64,000 nucleotides of DNA. It comes from Ophelia neglecta. Its lineage: Eukaryota. Shown here in pieces: positions 27,301 to 41,400 of this stretch. Both the position numbers and the translations under genes were made by a program. The stretch is from positions 125,240,001 to 125,304,000 of the forward strand of contig OZ260661.1 of the NCBI GenBank assembly GCA_965285935.1. The letters are read 5' to 3'. Every line of letters begins with the position of its first letter. The stretch's first letter is position 1. The notes beneath the pieces were generated by a model. It saw only the letters and a list, made by a program, of their open reading frames with translations, did no database searches and had not been told where the DNA came from.

Positions 27301-28004
27301 CATTCTTTTTACCTTGTACGGTACATAAATACATGTACATACATGTATACATACACATGAGTTGCCTCTAAATTATGTCTAACTCAAACATGTCAAATTG
27401 AACAGAAACGTACCGCACATGTTGAGTTGCCTTGTATCATTTATTGAGTACAAAGTATAAAAAAAACACTTATTACAATGGTTCTGTGGGGGCTTGTATT
27501 ATGGGGGGGGGGTTTCTTTGGGGGGGGGGGGGATGGAGGGGGTGGGTCTTTACATTGATGGTCAGGAGGGCTGCCGGCTGGGATCATGGGTGGTTCATGC
27601 AATTGTAATAGCATCTGTCAAATTCTACCCACCAACATTGGACATTTATCATCATAATATATATTGCCCAGTCCACGTGTACACTTATATGACAATTCTT
27701 GATAGTAAACTATAGACATAATAAAGTGATCTGCAAGATATCCAGTTTCTCAATACCTAGTTATATCTCACGATATCTATTAGTTATTGCAATCAAACGG
27801 CCTACATGGACCTCCCTAAGAAAAAAATTCAATATTCATTTTCTGTGAAGACATTGTGTTTCTTAACTCACAATTCTGACAGCTAACATCCTGAAGTCGG
27901 AACTTCCGAGAAGCTCGCCGGTCCACTTTCTCAATAATAGTAGATAATTTAGGTTAAAGTTCTTACCCAAGGACCGCCTCAGTGTTCTGTGCTCCTTCGC
28001 TCAT
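18367..28004 (-). CDS. DARS1: Aspartate--tRNA ligase, cytoplasmic (complete, 13 exons, 530 aa)
   Basis: Exons 28004-27967, 26259-26169, 25730-25547, 25281-25179, 24716-24539, 23707-23539, 23379-23245, 22778-22631, 21623-21555, 20560-20440, 19799-19719, 19017-18906, 18530-18367 sum to 1593 nt. Class IIb motifs: [130 protein letters not shown]. Confidence 0.98.
23048..23225. mobile_element. Tc1/mariner-pogo-type MITE (178 bp), TA target-site duplication
   Basis: ta|cagtgaaacctg ... caggtttcactg|ta: perfect 12-bp terminal inverted repeats with internal agaccacc repeats, inside DARS1 intron 7. Confidence 0.92.
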
Positions 28005-28310
28005 TGTTTTCTCACGTCGTCGGTCGTAAAACTAAACGCTGAATGAGTAATTTGACAACTTAACCAGTTAACAGCGCTTGGATTGGTAACAGACTGGACT
28101 TCTGCTGCAATATCCACACGCATGTGGAAATCCCAGAATGCCCCGCGACAAAATGGCGGACGGAAGGGGGGGAGGAACCTTTCTCGTCACAAATTGGTGT
28201 TTATTTGCAATTAGATGGACGTAGATGCCAAAGCATTTGACCTCAAAGTATACAATTATCTATCGTGGAGCAAAAAACAGAAGAAAGTCAACTAGGGAGG
28301 ATTGCACGTG
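28005..28310. promoter_or_regulatory. Probable bidirectional promoter between DARS1 and the zinc-finger gene
   Basis: CpG-richer stretch just upstream of the DARS1 ATG. It has a YY1-type AAAATGGCGG (28150-28159), an ETS-like CGGAAG (28161-28166), and a + strand donor cac|gtgagt at 28308 suggesting a non-coding first exon on the + strand. Confidence 0.55.
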
Positions 28311-31300
28311 AGTATACTATGCATTTATTGATGGCCCCATTTTGGGATCGAACACTACTTTGGTTGCCTACTGTGCCTGTAGATCACATGCATGCAAGAC
28401 ATTACGCGTGCGCCAACGTTAGCTGCCAGTGCGTGACATAGTTCTGAAATGAATGCGTGACTCGATGAATTAAAGATAACCTTTCAACATGGCCCGACCC
28501 GAGGCTGGTGTGAATTACTGTGCTATTTACGGCCCCAGTCGACTGGCGATGCCAGCGCATACTGGCCTCGTTGATCGAGCGAATGGCACGTACAGTGGAT
28601 AGCATGTGCGGAATAAATAGGATTTGTGGCTGGCCCCCGAGTGTGCACTGGCGAACTTCGATGTTCCTGTATTGCTTCGTGCAGGCTAACACATCAACAC
28701 GCCCACTGCTTAGGTCGAGCTTAGCCGACCGATAGGGACTATAGGGGCCAGCAATTCAATACTGCAGCCAGAGTGCATGCAAATCTAGCCAATGGCAAGC
28801 TTTTTCTATAAAGAGCCTGTGTGCACAAACGAAATGCACCACACACTGTTTTGTTTACACTTGATATTATTCCACTGCCAGTTTGTACTGTGTATATTAC
28901 ATTATCGGGGGCTATGCCTAGTGCTCTAGCTTTCAGTCTGCTGTCACCCTGTTATTTGCTAGTTTGTTATTATTTTCTATACAATCTATCCTAAGATCAT
29001 TCATGCATGCAACTACAAGCGAAAGTTAGCTTTTAAACATGTCAGAGGTGCTTGATGTATAAACATTGGCTGGTCAAATGCAGGCTGGGGTGGATCAGAA
29101 ATGATGGCAAGAATATCGAGGGGCCAACGGATAAATACCAATGATCAAATGACATTCTTTAGGGCGTCTGGCATGCAAGTATGCGACACAGATATGCGCC
29201 CTGTACAAGTCTCCCCCTCGGTACTTTGAACTCTTGATCCTGCCGAGACAGCAAGTGGTTCGCCCTGCACATTCGCTCACTTAATAGGGCTGCATACACA
29301 TGTAGATCTAAACCGACAGGGATGTTTTTCCTCAACCTGCAACCCCCCAGCGCTTTCATCCAATATTTACTGGCATGCAGGTTTGATATAGCACTGTATA
29401 ACACTCAAAGAAAGTACATGTGTCTGTAGTATATTATGTGGGTAGCACTGCGTGTGTGCCTGAAATCGCGCTGCTGATCTTCACCCGCCAGATCGGCCAG
29501 TCTAATCAATCTTCCTTCAACAGCTACCCAATCTTTGGGGGATTTGCCGGGCCCACATACAACCCAACGCAGAAGGATTGCGAGAGCCTAGCCTCTCCAC
29601 CGAGCTGGCTAAAACTCAGGTGGATCTAACACGCGGCTAGCCGCCGCCGACTGGCTTGACATGATTGATTGGTGAAATGACGAACATCCACCTCAATGCT
29701 GACCAGATGTCTACATGTGGCTCGTTACACATCTAGCTGGAAATTACCGCTCACTTTTAGCAGCCCTGCGGACCGTCATGGTGTAATATATATTGTTTGG
29801 TCAGCAGCCACAAACACCAACTCAGGTTCCCTCTGTATACAATGATTGGTGCCCTGCTATACAATGTTGGCCAACTCTAATTTTTATGAGGATTGTCCAA
29901 TGTTATTCCCATTTTGCTGTGATGTAATCTAGTTTAATCTCCGGTTTCTCACATTAATACACCCCCTGCTTTAGAAGTGGTAAAAGGATTTGATTGAAAT
30001 AAAGCTGTGTTGCCCATTTGCAATTCAGCTTTATAGCCATGATGGTTCTGTGTATGAATCTCAGACAGATAGTTTCAATGAATTATTTATTGAATGATCC
30101 TGGAAACTATCAGGCTAATTTGGGGAAAGATGGGCAATGGGGATCATGTAGGCTCTTGGCGTCCTCCACGCTCATTACGGTGCCTGACTGTGGTAAATCG
30201 ATGCACATGAACATGCAGTTAAACTGCTAGTGAGTTGGTACATGAACATTATCAAGGGCTGGCCAGCATCGTCATGTTCAGGGATAATGACGACCATCTT
30301 TAAGAAAGCCTTGTAGTCACCCCACCCCCCATCATTACCAGTTAGCTGTGGGTTTTATTTGTGGAACAGACCCCAGAACCAAAGGCCAGGCAAAGTATTT
30401 AGCACGAGTGGACCTGAGATGCACTCTGCACTAGCCGAGCAGGGGTTGAGGCATGATTTTGGCAGAGGCAGATTAGTTCAGAGGTTGACAGAGTCGGTTT
30501 AGGTTCCTGAGAACTACGCACACCCATCACAGCCAAATGGATAAAATTACACGTGCCAATGTATGCTGTACTGATGAGGACAGGCCAGTGACAATGTCTG
30601 GGTCTGAATGATTAGGGACCGAGGGGGTGTCGACTAACTGTGGGGATAAGTCCATTTACCAGTGTGCATTCAAGCTGTGCTCTCAGGCCTGAGAATGAGT
30701 GAGGCCCCTTTGACCACAACAAACAACGCAGTATAGTGCATGAAGTGGGCGGGTTTATATATCGAAAACTGGAGTGGTGATTGTATGCATGAGAAGGACG
30801 TTCACCGACAAACACACGTACCCACATACATGTACAGAGCAGGCCACACGTTATCAGGCCCTTTACCATGTCCAGATATGTAAATCCCCTAGCCCGCCAA
30901 ACTGAATGCTGAGCTGCATTGGAAATATCACATGTAGCTGATCGATACTGTGGTATCCCCATGATTGGGCACGTGCACTGCGCAGAAATGCACACTGACT
31001 ATTGATTGAACCGCGAGCCAGCCAGCCCGGAGGTGTGTTTTGTCATCTGGCACTCATCGCAATCCTATTATCATTCTCGGCTATAGCTTCTCGGAGGGAT
31101 TAGCACACCATGAATGGAGGCTGATGTAGATTTAGGCAGCGTCCATAGAGGTAAGGATTATATTGTATTTCATCGGACAAAAGCTTAGTTCTGGATGTCT
31201 ACCGAACATCCTCCAGGTCAGTGGAAGCTTTTATATTAAACAGGGCTTTTAGCCAGAAAACTCACCCTGGCTTAAAGTTTCTAGTGTCGCATCAGGCAAG

Positions 31301-34300
31301 TACGCGGTGGTAGGTTTTGTACCTTAACCCTGTGGTGGGTTTTTTTATATGTAAATCATGTACCTGTTGGTAGGTGTCATACACGCACGAACATGTATCC
31401 TGTGCTAGCTTTTATACCCTTTTTATTGTGTATTGATCATGTTGATAAAAGTTCTGTGAAAAAGTTACAGACGACCAAGAAAAAACTACGCAGGTTACAC
31501 TGGTGAACATTGTTCTGTGAGCCTTCCTTGTACTTTCTCGGTCATGAATAAAACCAACTTGCATATATATTGCTGGTTCTCACCAGTAAATTGCGTGCTA
31601 TATGTTGGTATTGAGCTGGGCTCTTATCAGTTGCTTTATTGGTCAGCCCAGAGGTTATTTCATGTGTAGCTATAGCCAGCTTGTGACCAGCCATCATCCC
31701 GGACCACTCAAGATGTATGCACTCCCTAAAGCATTATTGATCTTTCTTGATTTCATGCTCTGACTCTTTGTTCAGAATAGCCTAGCTGATATATTAGTTT
31801 ATATACTCTTTCTTGTACTATTTGCCTGCCTGTGGTCATTGGTTATGACCTTTTGCTGACTTAGAAGTGAGCTACATTGTGTTTATTGTTGAAGAATGTG
31901 CATTTTGTCATATATTCTGTTTATTTTCCACCGGCTGTGATGGTTTAGCGCCCCCAGTAGTTGGCAGCCTTGGTCTCAGTTTATAACACTGTATTATGGG
32001 TTGAGAGCCCAAGTCATGCGGCCAGCTTGTGCAGAGCGGAGTCTTGGCAACTGATATAGGAACGTGCATGCATAGCATTGAGCTGCGAAGCTAGCCTTCC
32101 TCATTCCTTATCTGCAGCCTATCAGTGCTGGCCTGGAGTCTGGATAATCAATAGCAGCATTGATCACCACAAATGATCAGAGCAGACGGCGGCTAGCTTG
32201 TCATGTGGCTGTCAGGCAGGCTGGCCAGCTGTGTGTATGCCTTAGCCAGGAGTGTACAGGCGTGTGCACTCCTGGCATGCACCTAGTGTATGTGGAAGGC
32301 CATGGGTGATTGTCCGCCTGGCTGGACTGAGCAGCCGCCAGCCCGGTCTGTCTGGACAGGATTACGCTCCCTGGCTCTCCTGTGAAGTGCATACTGATCC
32401 CTAAAACTGGTGGGGATCCGTCTGCCCCAAACATCCCACAAACTATACAAATCTTGTTACAAACACTCTGGATATCTGAAGCAAGTCCATCACAACCATA
32501 AACATGTACATACATCTCTAGTATTGATCTATATAGAGTAAATATATGTAATGTTATTACATGAACATGTGTATCATCAATTGTATAAATTCCCAAACAG
32601 TTAATTTCCACCAATTACCGCCCAAAGAGCTTTATTGTTTTGACCCGCTACAGTAATCAGTTGTAATGATAGTGTTCTTTATGATCTTCTGTGATCCCAT
32701 CCTTTGAGTCTAACTGAAATTTGGCAGTAAATTATGTACTAGTTTTATAGGAAGTAATTTGTGCTTATCTTTGGTATAGTTTACATACATGTAGAGTATA
32801 CATACATGTACATGTACATGTACATGTATGCCCGCTTCACACTATGCTAAACATTGTGACCTATAGAGGATGACGAGTTATGATAGGTACCCCTAGCATG
32901 CATATATAGTGTGAATGTTGCACATGGACCTTGTGATGTACGTGCCCGTCCAATTTGTTTTTAATCTTTTATTCAATTTGTATGGTTACTTGATGTAAAG
33001 TATATCATTTCTATTGGCGATGGACCTGACTGATCGTGAATAGAGAGAGACCCGTTTAGAGTTGGCTGAGACCACTGCCCATCTCGTAGGCCACAACATT
33101 TGAGAATTAACTTGGCCACTGGCAAACATTCCTCTTCAATATTCTCACTGCCTCATCAGCATATAGGAGGCAGTGAGGCTGCCGCCGGATTGTGTGCGCA
33201 TGCTGGCTTGTTGTATGTGACCCTAATAGAACTCCAGAAAGGAATCATTGATCCGCGGGTCCGGCGGCCGCAGTCGATGGCGGGTCATAGATTCATCATT
33301 ATTGGAGGCCCGCAGTGGCCGCGGTATGCATCGGCACTCGCGTATAGATCTATAATATTGGATCTCCAGAATGCGCATGAGATTGGGCCAATTACTGCAT
33401 GTTCTGAATGCGTAAATAGCCTTCATGTGCTAGGCGAGAGCGGCTTTAGCCGAGAAGGCTGTAGCCAACCGAGATGGTCAAAATCAGTTAGAACAATATA
33501 CCGCCCAGCCGCAGATACAATACAATTCACGGTCAAAACAAACTATATTTATCTCGGTCTGTTAGTTTTGTAAGCTTTTCTCAAAACAGTCGAGTGATTG
33601 ATTGAAATTAACTAATGAATGCACGGGATAAGCTGGCGATCAATCAATCATTCCCCGTTCAATATTCATAAGTGTTAGCTGGAGTGGCAAGGCACGGTTG
33701 TTTGTCGAGCTTGTGTGCATGTCGGACTCTGTGTATTGTAAGCGCTTATTGTGATAGCGTGATTTCACATTTATATAGTCAATTGTGGCTGGCTGGCTGG
33801 CTTGCATGCCATATGCATATATCGGCCGCAGCTCGCTAGTCCATGCAGTCAGCCAATTGTGAATCCCTTTCATTAGTTACGGCCTGAATGCATGCAAATT
33901 ATTGAACATTTGTGGTTTTGATGCAAGCGACATGGCTAAGACCCATTGTATGGCTGGTTCATGTATGTTCTCAACAACTGGTGCATGTCCGTCTTTCAAC
34001 ACATAGCCTGAGCTGGGAAACACTGAATTTTTAGTTTGCAGGGGGCAAAAGGGCCACAAAATTTCATCAAGGCTACTGCACAGATGTATCCAGCGGACAA
34101 GCCAAGCGTAATGTGTCTTGTCGCTGCAGGCTGCATGAGGAGACACAGAGTTCAGCAGGGGCCAAACGATCCCCAAATGCAATGGAAGAAACCATAAAGG
34201 CGATAACGACGGCCGCTGTCCCCTCTCTAAACAATTCTATAGCCAGGCCCTGTCCATTGTGGGAAGATAGACCTGGCTTTAACTTCTGTCCTCAGGCAAG

Positions 34301-35411
34301 ACAGTAGAATACCATGCATGTACGTGGGCTGGCTGGCGTAATTACCAGTCCATTGAGAGAAGCAGTGTGAAATGACTGTCGGGATTCAGAGAATGACAAG
34401 GTTTGCACGCTCTGGGAGACAGGTTGAAAATACCCGGAGATCTATGGGCTGTGCTATGTGAAATTTATGTGCCAAGCTCAGAAGTGCGACTTAAAGTGTG
34501 ACACATTTTATCACTTTATCCTCAGCCATTGGATATTAATTACAGTGCCCTTAACCTCGATCCTGGCCAGTTAGGCGCTGGCCATGCTCGTGTTTATTTA
34601 GTGGGTTATTCATGATAACTTTCATTATAGCATTTTTCAGCAATTATCATTCAATTGAAAGTATTTTTGTGTGTGGGTGTATGTTAAACTCGCTGCTTTT
34701 GCTGAAGTTTTTCAGTTTTGTGTAAAGCATAAGTAAGTATGTTTAATTGCCCTCGGATAGCCCAGTTGTACTCCAGTTACAGGTATGCTGTCAGGTGCCC
34801 TTAGATTTACCATACTAAAGCATGTTACATTGACAAGGCTGTTCTTGTGGAGAGCACACACATGCAGCTGTATTCAGTGTGCATGCATGTGCATTATATG
34901 TAATCCAAATTAGTTGTTCACCTATGTTTCACTTTTCTTTCAGATACCTTACAATAGTCCGTTAGAGAATTAAGAGGCCGTAACATAAAAGGAACAATGT
35001 ATTTAGAGCCAGGATAACTTCACTGTAGGAGCTTGTACTTATACCAAGGATATAACAGGCTTTACTCTGGCTGCCAGGGACTTTATTATCACATAGATAG
35101 TTCCAATGTTTTATTACCTCATTAGAAGTGGATGCTAATTGTGGAAAATATACCAAATAAGTGGCTGTCTATTATTATTGAAAGGGGAAGCTAGCAAATG
35201 AAACTTTTATTGCTTATTTATTCAACAACTGAGGCAATCAGTGTATGTGCCATCATGAAAGAGTTCCCAGTATTGTTGAATGTGGAATTGTTAACGCTGT
35301 GAGAGAATACAGAATTGTTAAAGGTGTTGAAAGGTTGTGGAACCATATACTACTTGTGTTGAAAGGAGTAAAGAACTAGTGAGACCCTGAGTAGTATAGT
35401 GATGTTCTCAC

Positions 35412-38400
35412 ATGGAGGAGAGGAGTGATTCTAACAACAATGATCCAGTTGATGCTCGCAACCACACACCGAGTTCAAGCTCCAGCCGCGGGAAAAGCGG
35501 GCTGGAATCACATGACGCACGCCTCCCAGCCAGCACTCAAACCCCCTCCCGCCTCCAGGCTGTGGAGAAATCTACCAAAGCTGCCGATCAGAACTCTAAA
35601 ATAGAACACAATATAGTCATTACCGATAACCCTGTCCACGATGATGTAAGAACTACTATCCAGACTACTACTTCTACCTCAGGGACTATAGATTCTGGTA
35701 CCCCACAGACCCCGCCATCTCGCAAGTCGGACGTGTCGGTCCTCAACCACACCGCCGCCCGCAAGTGTTACTACTGTGGGAAAAAGTTCATCAAGCTCGG
35801 CGATTTTAGGCTTCATCTCTTGTCTCATCTGGGAAAGAAAGCGTACAAGTGTAAGGTAGGAAAAATTGAATCAGTTAATACACATATCAGTGAAAACTTA
35901 TAATGAAATTAAACACTGTTGGAAATAACCCTGAAAAGATTAACTTCAGAAAGTTACCAGTCCTTGCAAACAATTTAATCAGTCCCAGTTTTAAAATTAA
36001 ACAAAACACCAGGTATGTAATATGTATGTCGCATTTTGGGCAGGCAATCCTGCCTTAACCTGGACTTCATCCAGCAGCGGTGGTTTGCTCTAGCATCATA
36101 ACCAAAAATCATAGGCAAAACCACAACAGGACTGGCTATGATGAAAAGTTATACATCCTTTGCAGTATTATTGTAGCCTGACAACAGGACTGGCCACTTT
36201 GAAAATGTACACATCCAGGGTCTTTCCCATTTAGACCCCTGCCCGAAACGGGCACTTATTTCCCACACTGAATTAATCAAGGGTGTTTCTCTTTATAATT
36301 TTTGACATTTTTTCTGCTGTCCACTTCCTGAATGTGTACCAAGTGCAAAACAAAGTTTGTGATAAAGGCTCAAGGTGTATCTGAAGGACACCTTGATTTT
36401 CTGATTTTCTGATTAAATTTGGTATCAATTGAGTTATTCATATCTAATTATCTTACTTAAATAAGCAATTAAAATATTCATTTGATGGCATGATTGAATA
36501 ACATATTAAAAATATAACAGGCCATGTGTACATATATTCAAACTCAAGACTTATATTTAAACAAGCCTTGTAATTCAATTTTAATAACATTTAAACCCTT
36601 TTATTTTGTGTAATCCAAGATCCAATAGTATAGTCATAAGTAAGCCCAAAGACTTGAAAGGCTAATAAACCCCAAAACATGCAATGCTGAATTCCAAATA
36701 TTTAACATTGAGCAAAATCATCTCCTACTACCCCATATCTAGTGGGGGAAATATTATCTTTCATTGAATGAGGCCCCTGGAGTCCACCTGAATGAAAGAA
36801 AAAGAAGTTTTTTATTCTGTTTTTTTTTGCACAGCTAGAATATGCCAAATTTTCACATGAGATTTTATTGAGCTGTTTCGGGTAAGCAGTATGACCACCA
36901 GGGTGTGAGACTGTGTTATATTTGTTATGCCATAAACAGAAAATCCAAAAAGTTTTTTATTTAATTATATTGGGAAGCTTAAATATGCCAAAATCTGGTG
37001 TGGAATTTGATTTTCAGAAACCTCGGAAATTATTTTAGTCACCATGGCGAGGGAAATAAAAGGAGGACTGATTGTATATATGCAGCCTGACTGCTTTCAT
37101 ATGACACTTAGACTTTAAATAACTATTGAGATGGTTTACAAAAATACATACTGCAAATTCAATGGCATTTTTATATTTGGCCTTGGCCTATATCTTGAAG
37201 GTCAAATCAATAAGATCAAAATTTTAGCTTACTCAAAATGGGTAGAACCAAAATCAACATTGGAAGCATATAGGAAAGCATACGTTGAACATCTTCTGAG
37301 AGTGAGATCAAAGGACTTGACAGTATAATGAATTATTGAAATACCTATTCAAATTTGGTTATGATTGACATTATATTGGAACTCTATGTTTTCAGGACTG
37401 TGGTCGTCGGTTCCGTGTGAAGAGTAACCTCTTGTTCCACCAGCACGCGGCCCACGGTCAGTCCCACCTCCTGGACGGAACCTCCCTCCTCTCTCCAAAT
37501 CATGGCATCCACCGCAGCCGCCACTCACAATGGCCCAGCCGCACTCTGGCCCTGACCCCCTCGGCCGAGGTCATCACCATGGAAACCAAGGGCCCAGACA
37601 GCGGAGGAGAGTCTTCTGCGCATGTCAGCCCCCAGGAGGTCAGCGGCAGACCAGAGGTGATCACAGGCAGCAGCAGGAAGCAGGGTGCGAACGGGTTTTC
37701 TCCACACTCGAGTACCGGCAGCGGGGGGTCCCTGGAACGGGAGCTGAGCCTGCAGGATGAGTTTATCCTCGAGTACCCCTCTCAGTTTCCAGGCCTCAAG
37801 CACCAAATCAGCATTAAAAATGAGACCGTCTTAATAACACGTCTGGATGGAACCAACGTGACCACAGGCGAGAAGACCAGCCTCTTTAAGTGTCACATGT
37901 GTGGGAAGGTGTACAACTTCCTTAGTAAACTGCAGTGCCATCTGTCCTTGCACTTTGAGCGCCATATGACTCTCTACCAGTGCACTTACTGTGATGCCCA
38001 CTTTAAGTTCAAAACCCTGCTTCTGCAGCATCTGCGCACTACCCATGGGGTGCATGTCAGCTCTCGGTCAGATATACCCGATATTGGCGCCATCTCGCCG
38101 GAATCCGAAAGCAATCCTGTGGACTATATGAGTTCAGAGCAAGGAAACGGTGCCCAAAAACCTTCAACAGCAATACCAAACATGCATGAGGACACTGCCA
38201 TTACGGGTGGAGAACGAGTGCCAAGCTCGGAGGAGATACAGGGGTCGGACAAGGCAGGCAGTGGTAATGAGGATAGTCTGGGGTCTGAGGATTTTCTCGT
38301 CAGCAGCAACGGGGGCCAGTACTACCCATCGCACGGCTTTCCCGGGGGCAAACCCCTCTACGACAAAGTTAACGGACTCTACATCTGTCAGTTCTGCAAC

Positions 38401-41400
38401 AAGAGCTTTGACAGGCTGTTTTCGCTTCATAGGCACGAGCGAGTGCACACTGGTTATAAGCCTTGTTATTGCACGTATTGTGGGCGGGGGTTCAGTGAAC
38501 CCAGGAATCTGAGACATCACATGATCCGGTTCCACTCGGATGGAAGCCAGATCCACCTCATTAAGAGAATGCGAAAAAAGCCCACAGTGGACTCCGGCCT
38601 CTCCCGCACATCACAACGGCTCCCCCTGGTCACTCCGGAGATGATCGCCAAGGTCAACCAGGCGGAGGCTAGTAGTATAACTAGTAACGTTGAACCCAAA
38701 ACAGAGGCGCCACCACCAAGGTCACAGGAAGCAGAGCCCTCAACGTCCTTCTCAAGGCAGTCTCCGATTGTTGTGGCTCCACAACCTCGTCTCACTGAGC
38801 CCCCGGCTAAGAAGCTGGCCAGTGAGATTAGAGAGAAGGAGAGTCTGGACGATGACGTTACGGTCGTGATTCCTGCCGACCCTCCACAGGACACCCACAC
38901 GGAGGCGGAGACACCCAAGTCCACTGTGTCTGACACCACCTCCTGGTCTGGTAACATGTCGGAGGGGGACACGGATGGTAGTCTGGGCCCTGAGATCCTC
39001 TCGGCCCCGGTCAAGTCAATCATGGGCCACCACAACTCCTTTAGGACCTCTAAACGTAAGCACAGCACCCCGACGCAGGCCAGCCCTCCGCGTAGCCAGG
39101 GCTGGGTAGGAGAGCAGGAGGGGGGCCGGGCTGGCGGGACCCAGGCGGTCAAGGAGGAGAAGGAGGAGGAGGTCAAGCCAGATCTCTGCTCCCTCGCCTC
39201 CGCCCACCACCACTTCATGAACACCATCACCTCAGCTGCCGCTTCCTGCTCTCCCGTCGACCTCAAGTACCACCCTACATCAACACCAATGAGTTTGCCA
39301 TTCAGTCCACTCAGCATCAGCACCTTCGTTAACCCAGGGCTGGCGGGCTTGATGCCCTCGTCCATCATGTCACCCCTGGGTCAGGCAGCCCTCTTTGGGC
39401 AACACGGGCTGACGTCTCCCAACATGATCGGCCAGCCGCTGCCGTTTCCCTTCCCGCCACTGCCGAGCGCCCTGGCGGCCGCAACCACCGCATCGGTGGC
39501 GACTACCACAGGGAAGGGGCCGGCGTCCTCGTCGGCGACCACCGTGTCGCCCGGACTGGCCGAGATGGAGGCTAGGGCTGCCCTAGAGGACTACCCTGGG
39601 TGGATGGGGAAGGGGGGATCCCGAGGGTCCTCTCTCTCTAGAACACACTCAAGGTAAGGTCCACTCTCTCTCAACGTGGTCAACTGGCTCCCCAGTGGGA
39701 TCAAACATTAGCACATTTTAAAATCTAATACCAGAAATAATTCTAACCTTTAATGACATTTCTACAGTAAATTTTGATATACATGTAAGTGTGGAAACAA
39801 GGGTATAATTAAAATAACCATTACCAATCGCTTTTATGCACAATTTAGCCTAAAATTTTCTATTGCAACATAAGCCTGAATAAAAAATATACTGTGTATG
39901 ATTGATAAGTGAAGGTATAATTAATTCTGGCCAGAGTGTATGGGACAGTTATCATGGTTCTATTATTTAATTAGTTTCTTGAAGAAGGATGTAGTGATAA
40001 TTGATAAATGGCTATTCTGTGGTATGGGTGCCAGGTTTTATGCTGGGGAGTAGGCAAGGTGGTGGGCTGGAGGTTGGGTAACAGCCTCTGTTTGAACCGC
40101 CCTGCCCACACAAGTGAATAGTTTTTGAAAGACTGCCCCCTCCCCCCAACCCCCACCCTCCTCTCTTAGTATACTTATTTTAATGCAAAAACTCATCACC
40201 CCCACCCCCTGCCAGCAGTGATTAGCTGCAGAAGTCCATTTCCTTAATCTGTTCTATAATTATTATGTATTTATTCTATATAATTTGTATATTGTGTCTG
40301 TTGTAGGTTGTACGTCGTGAACAAGCCAGTCAAGCGTGAGGAAGTGTGTAAGCCGACGGTCCTGGCCGACGGCCGGACCGTTTACCGCTGTTCTTACTGC
40401 AACAAAGACTTCTGCACGTTCTCCGACGTCAACCGCCACATGGACTTCCACGAAGGTGCGCCCCGTTTAGGTGAACAGCCTTTCCTGCCTATTGCTGCAT
40501 GCAGTCTGAGGGGGGAGGGGGGGGGGGGGAGTGCTTCCATCAGCAGACCCAATCATAGGGACAAGGGGGGGGGGGGGGGGGGCTGGATTATCATTTTGAG
40601 AATTGGAAATGGGTGGAAATGAGGGAACGAAATTAAAATCTAGTTTACAGATTGATATAATTGTTTATATCCTGTGGATGGAAGGCACAGCAGGGTCTGA
40701 TATCAAACTAAGGGGGAGACACTAGATTCTAGCTTAACTTACACATGAGATGAGCTCAAATTACTTATTTATTTATTATTTATGCATATCTTCATTTTTG
40801 TTTAAATCCTGTCGGCCAAGGGCTGTGGGTGCTGTTACATATTTAGCCAAAGGCTTTGAATGGTTTTTGGCAAGTGCTGCAGGTGGTATTAGCAAGGGCT
40901 TTGGGTGGTATTTGCCCAGGGCTTTGGGTGGTATTTGCCCAGGGCTTTGGGTGGTACTTGCCCAGGGCTTTGGTGATGTCAGCTAAGGGCTGTCTTCTCT
41001 TTTTCTAATTTTTTTTCTTGGCAATTTTAACCTTTTTTTTCAGGATTCTATATCTGGTAATTCCCTATGGTTTGGGGAGTACAAAGTAAGAAATGGGCGA
41101 CAAATTTAACAGCTTGTCGTTTCATACATAGTACCCTTGGCTTTCTGTGAAGTGATAAACTAAGAACAGCATGTTCTGTTGGTACACGACAGCCAGATCA
41201 GACATATTGCTCAATAGCTAGAGGAGTAGCATTAGGACTGGTTATTGATTCTCCTAAAACTGGCCGAGATGAAGGATTGCAAGCTAAAACCAAATGATTG
41301 TTATTGTGACATTATCTGTGTTAATGTCTAAGAATGAATTATGTGTGTGAGCTAATTATACCATGCGATAGAACAGCATTAGTGAGCTCAATTATGAGAG

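Noticed and set aside
32782-32830. (TACATG)n run and scattered tacatgta or poly-G tracts as regulatory elements
   Set aside because: Simple sequence found throughout the window, with no positional pattern to suggest function.
28402-34307. Several 60-157-aa ORFs (e.g. 33100-33573, 32201-32614, 30612-30995) as separate genes
   Set aside because: No domain similarity, mostly non-ATG starts and no coherent splice structure. Such ORFs are expected by chance in GC-richer non-coding DNA.
38517-39368. 283-aa antisense ORF and other overlapping ORFs in 37525-39213
   Set aside because: Shadow frames of the GC-rich zinc-finger exon, with no recognisable domain.
40750-40986. 78-aa ORF with repeated GFGW-like motifs
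   Set aside because: It is a translation of the 23-bp minisatellite.
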